Below are positions 38,136 through 40,321 of a stretch of DNA of 40,321 nucleotides, one piece after another; positions within the stretch are counted from its first letter, which is position 1; each line of letters opens with the position of its first letter. A model generated the notes under the pieces. It did no database searches, was not told the DNA's origin, and was given only the letters and a program-made list of their open reading frames with translations. The position numbers and the translations under genes were made by a program. This DNA comes from Alistipes sp. (GTDB taxonomy: Bacteria; Bacteroidota; Bacteroidia; Bacteroidales; Rikenellaceae): assembly GCA_036658095.1 (NCBI GenBank), contig JAVXFC010000001.1, positions 1-40,321 on the forward strand, written 5' to 3'.

Positions 38136-39557
38136 ATGAGTGCGGTGAAGCGTATCATATTGGTTTTATGCTTGTTATCTATAACATCCTTGCCTGTTGT
38201 GGCGCAGGATGTGCGCCCGCAGGAGAAGGATAACCTCAACTCGATTGCCGAAGACTTGCAACAAATCGGGCAGGCGGACGGGATCACTCACCACACACTC
38301 GACTCGGCGGCTTTGGCTGCAAAACCGCTCAAAAAGCCCAATTTTATCCGTCGTATTATCAACTATTATAGCAGTTCGAACGTCGATCGCACGTTCGAAA
38401 AAAAGGTGGACTGGAGCATCGCGCCGGGTCCGAACTACTCTTCGGATGTGGGATTTGGACTGGGTTTTCTGCTGGCAGGACTCTACCGTCTCGACCGCAC
38501 CGATTCGATCACTGCCCCGTCGAATATTGCTATTTATGGCAATTTTACGACCAAAAAGTTTGTCATGGTGCGTTCATCGGGCGAGAATATCTACAACCAC
38601 AACAAGCAGCGCCTGAACTATTCGAGCGCTTTCGTCTACTTCCCGGGGGCGTTTTACGGCATCGGACAGGTTGACGGCGACCAAGGTTACGCCCAACCGT
38701 TGACCACCACCATGTGTGTGCTGCGAATCTCATACTGCACGGCATTGTGGCCCAAGGTCTTCTTGGGCGTCAGTGGCGGCATTGATTATTCGGGAGCAAG
38801 CTACCAGAATAGTGGCATTGGCGAGGCGTTGCAAAAGGTGGACGACGAGGTGAATGCAGGCGGCGCCATTCCGCAAAACGATCTGGGTGAGCTGTACGAC
38901 TTGTGGAAGCAGGGTCGCTACGACCCCTCGTTGCAAGATCCGTTTGCGAACTACATCAACCATACGGGCGAACACCCCAATGCCTTCAACACCCACGTGG
39001 GGCTGTTTGCGCAGTACGACTCGCGCGATGTGACCTTCAACGCGCACAAAGGTCTCTTTTTGAAGGGCGAGGCGAAGTGGTATCCCCGTGTTCTGGGCAA
39101 CACAGGTCGCGATTTCGGACGTGTAACCCTTACTTTCGACTTCTACCAGAAGCTCTGGAAAGGGGCGGTCTTGGCGTATGACCTCTACGGTGACGCCATC
39201 ATTGGCACCCCCTCGTGGCATATGTACGCTAAGCTGGGCGGCATGGAGCGAATGCGCGGCTACTACGAAGGGCGCTATCGCGACAAACGGGTGGTCGAAA
39301 CGCAGGTCGAGTTACGCCAAAAGATCTATCGCCGCCACGGTGTGGTGGGGTGGTTTGGACTCGGAAATGTGTGGGGCAGAGATAGTTTCAGGTGGCGAAA
39401 TACACTATATAGCTTTGGCTGTGGCTATCGTTTCGAATTCAAAAATCGGATGAATATCCGTCTCGATTATGGGTGGGGCGTCTATGGCAATCAAAATCTA
39501 CCATGGGATCGCAAGCGTTCGTCGGCGTTTCTTTTCACCGCTTCGGAGGCGTTCTAA
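38136..39557 (+). CDS. Omp85 (BamA/TamA-like) outer membrane barrel without POTRA domains
   Basis: Start reassigned to MSAVK (38136); signal peptide; PGPNYSSDVGFG, YDSRD, LGG..RMRGYY.GRYRD, G.GYRF, RLDYG, terminal EAF. Confidence 0.88.
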   Translation: MSAVKRIILVLCLLSITSLPVVAQDVRPQEKDNLNSIAEDLQQIGQADGITHHTLDSAALAAKPLKKPNFIRRIINYYSSSNVDRTFEKKVDWSIAPGPNYSSDVGFGLGFLLAGLYRLDRTDSITAPSNIAIYGNFTTKKFVMVRSSGENIYNHNKQRLNYSSAFVYFPGAFYGIGQVDGDQGYAQPLTTTMCVLRISYCTALWPKVFLGVSGGIDYSGASYQNSGIGEALQKVDDEVNAGGAIPQNDLGELYDLWKQGRYDPSLQDPFANYINHTGEHPNAFNTHVGLFAQYDSRDVTFNAHKGLFLKGEAKWYPRVLGNTGRDFGRVTLTFDFYQKLWKGAVLAYDLYGDAIIGTPSWHMYAKLGGMERMRGYYEGRYRDKRVVETQVELRQKIYRRHGVVGWFGLGNVWGRDSFRWRNTLYSFGCGYRFEFKNRMNIRLDYGWGVYGNQNLPWDRKRSSAFLFTASEAF

Positions 39558-40111
39558 AGTATCCAGACGACCACAGCGTCGTCCAAATAACGGACGGAGA
39601 GACGATGAGTCTCTCCATTTTTTATGCATCCCTCGACCCAATCTGTGCCGAGGGCGGTGAGGTGCAGATCGCGGAGCATATCCAATCCCGACATGCCAGC
39701 GAGCTTGTACAATGCCTCCTTGGCACACCACGCCACCGCTTTGGCGCGCGGATCGGAGCTGAGTGCCTCTTCTGCGGGGGTGAGATAGCGCGCGGCGACG
39801 CGGTCGAAATTGCGATCCAAGCGTTCGATGTCTACGCCGCACGCACGATCCGAGAGGCAGAGTGCCACGCGCTCAGCACCATGTGAAACGCTGATGTGTA
39901 ACTCTTTATGGTCTAAAAGAATCGGGGCGCCTGCAACATTGTAGCCTATTTCCACCGCGCCCAGCGTGCGCCGTAGAAGCGCGCGCCACGTTAGAAATTC
40001 GCAACGGCGCGCCGCACCGAAGGCGGCAGCGTGCTGCCGATCGGCAGCGGTCGTCCATGCGGAGGCTTGCTCATCGGTCATTATCGGCTCGATGTAAAGC
40101 GCTCTATTCAT
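39554..40111 (-). CDS. 4'-phosphopantetheinyl transferase superfamily protein
   Basis: GAP, ISVSH, GVDIE, WCAKEALYK. Confidence 0.9.
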   Translation of the reverse strand: MNRALYIEPIMTDEQASAWTTAADRQHAAAFGAARRCEFLTWRALLRRTLGAVEIGYNVAGAPILLDHKELHISVSHGAERVALCLSDRACGVDIERLDRNFDRVAARYLTPAEEALSSDPRAKAVAWCAKEALYKLAGMSGLDMLRDLHLTALGTDWVEGCIKNGETHRLSVRYLDDAVVVWIL

Positions 40112-40321
40112 GCAAGATAACTTTTATTTTATCGACCCGATGTTCCTTGACGACCTGCACCGTGAAGCGAATGCCGTGCGAAACAAAGGTGTCGCCCACG
40201 TGCGGAAAATCACATTTGAGTTCGAGCATCAGCCCCGCCAAGGTCTCGGCACTCCCTTTGACATCGGAAAAAGTCTCTTCATCGAGTGCGAGAACGCGCT
40301 CGAAATCGCCAATGTGGCTCT
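40104..40321 (-). CDS. 3' end of a GldE/CorC-HlyC transporter-associated domain protein (truncated by window)
   Basis: Reads SHIGDFERVLALDEETFSDVKGSAETLAGLMLELKCDFPHVGDTFVSHGIRFTVQVVKEHRVDKIKVILHE-stop; ETLAGL..E..P..GD is the CorC_HlyC pattern; overlaps the PPTase start. Confidence 0.8.
   Translation of the reverse strand, partial: SHIGDFERVLALDEETFSDVKGSAETLAGLMLELKCDFPHVGDTFVSHGIRFTVQVVKEHRVDKIKVILHE

Noticed and set aside
1-40321. CRISPR array, tRNA/rRNA, IS element, prophage or defence genes
   Set aside because: Intergenic gaps are all under about 200 bp, with no spaced repeats, cloverleaf or relevant protein motifs seen.

Overview
Gene-dense chromosomal core region of a Bacteroidota organism, most likely Rikenellaceae/Alistipes-like (inferred from TAnnTTTG -7 promoter boxes, AT-rich translation starts without Shine-Dalgarno, family content and gene order). 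About 39 CDS: replication/repair (holB, xerD, recO, topA), translation and RNA modification (rbfA, prmA, rluD, tgt, rsmG, truB, queA), envelope genes (lipoproteins, LolE-like and LptF/G permeases, YfhO, ftsX, uppP, an Omp85 barrel), futalosine-route menaquinone genes (mqnE, a candidate deaminase, a long-chain prenyl synthase), an orphan histidine kinase and an ECF sigma factor. I see no rRNA, tRNA, CRISPR array, transposase, prophage or defence locus, and no clear-cut new multi-gene system. The strongest unexplained signals are: apparent total absence of CCWGG across 40 kb with excess CGATCG (by-eye counts), a palindromic double promoter between xerD and prmA, a catalytically degenerate GT2 coupled to an ECF sigma factor, a half glycogen synthase coupled to a DUF4270 lipoprotein, and motif changes in Tgt and QueA. 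All product calls come from motif recognition, not database searches.
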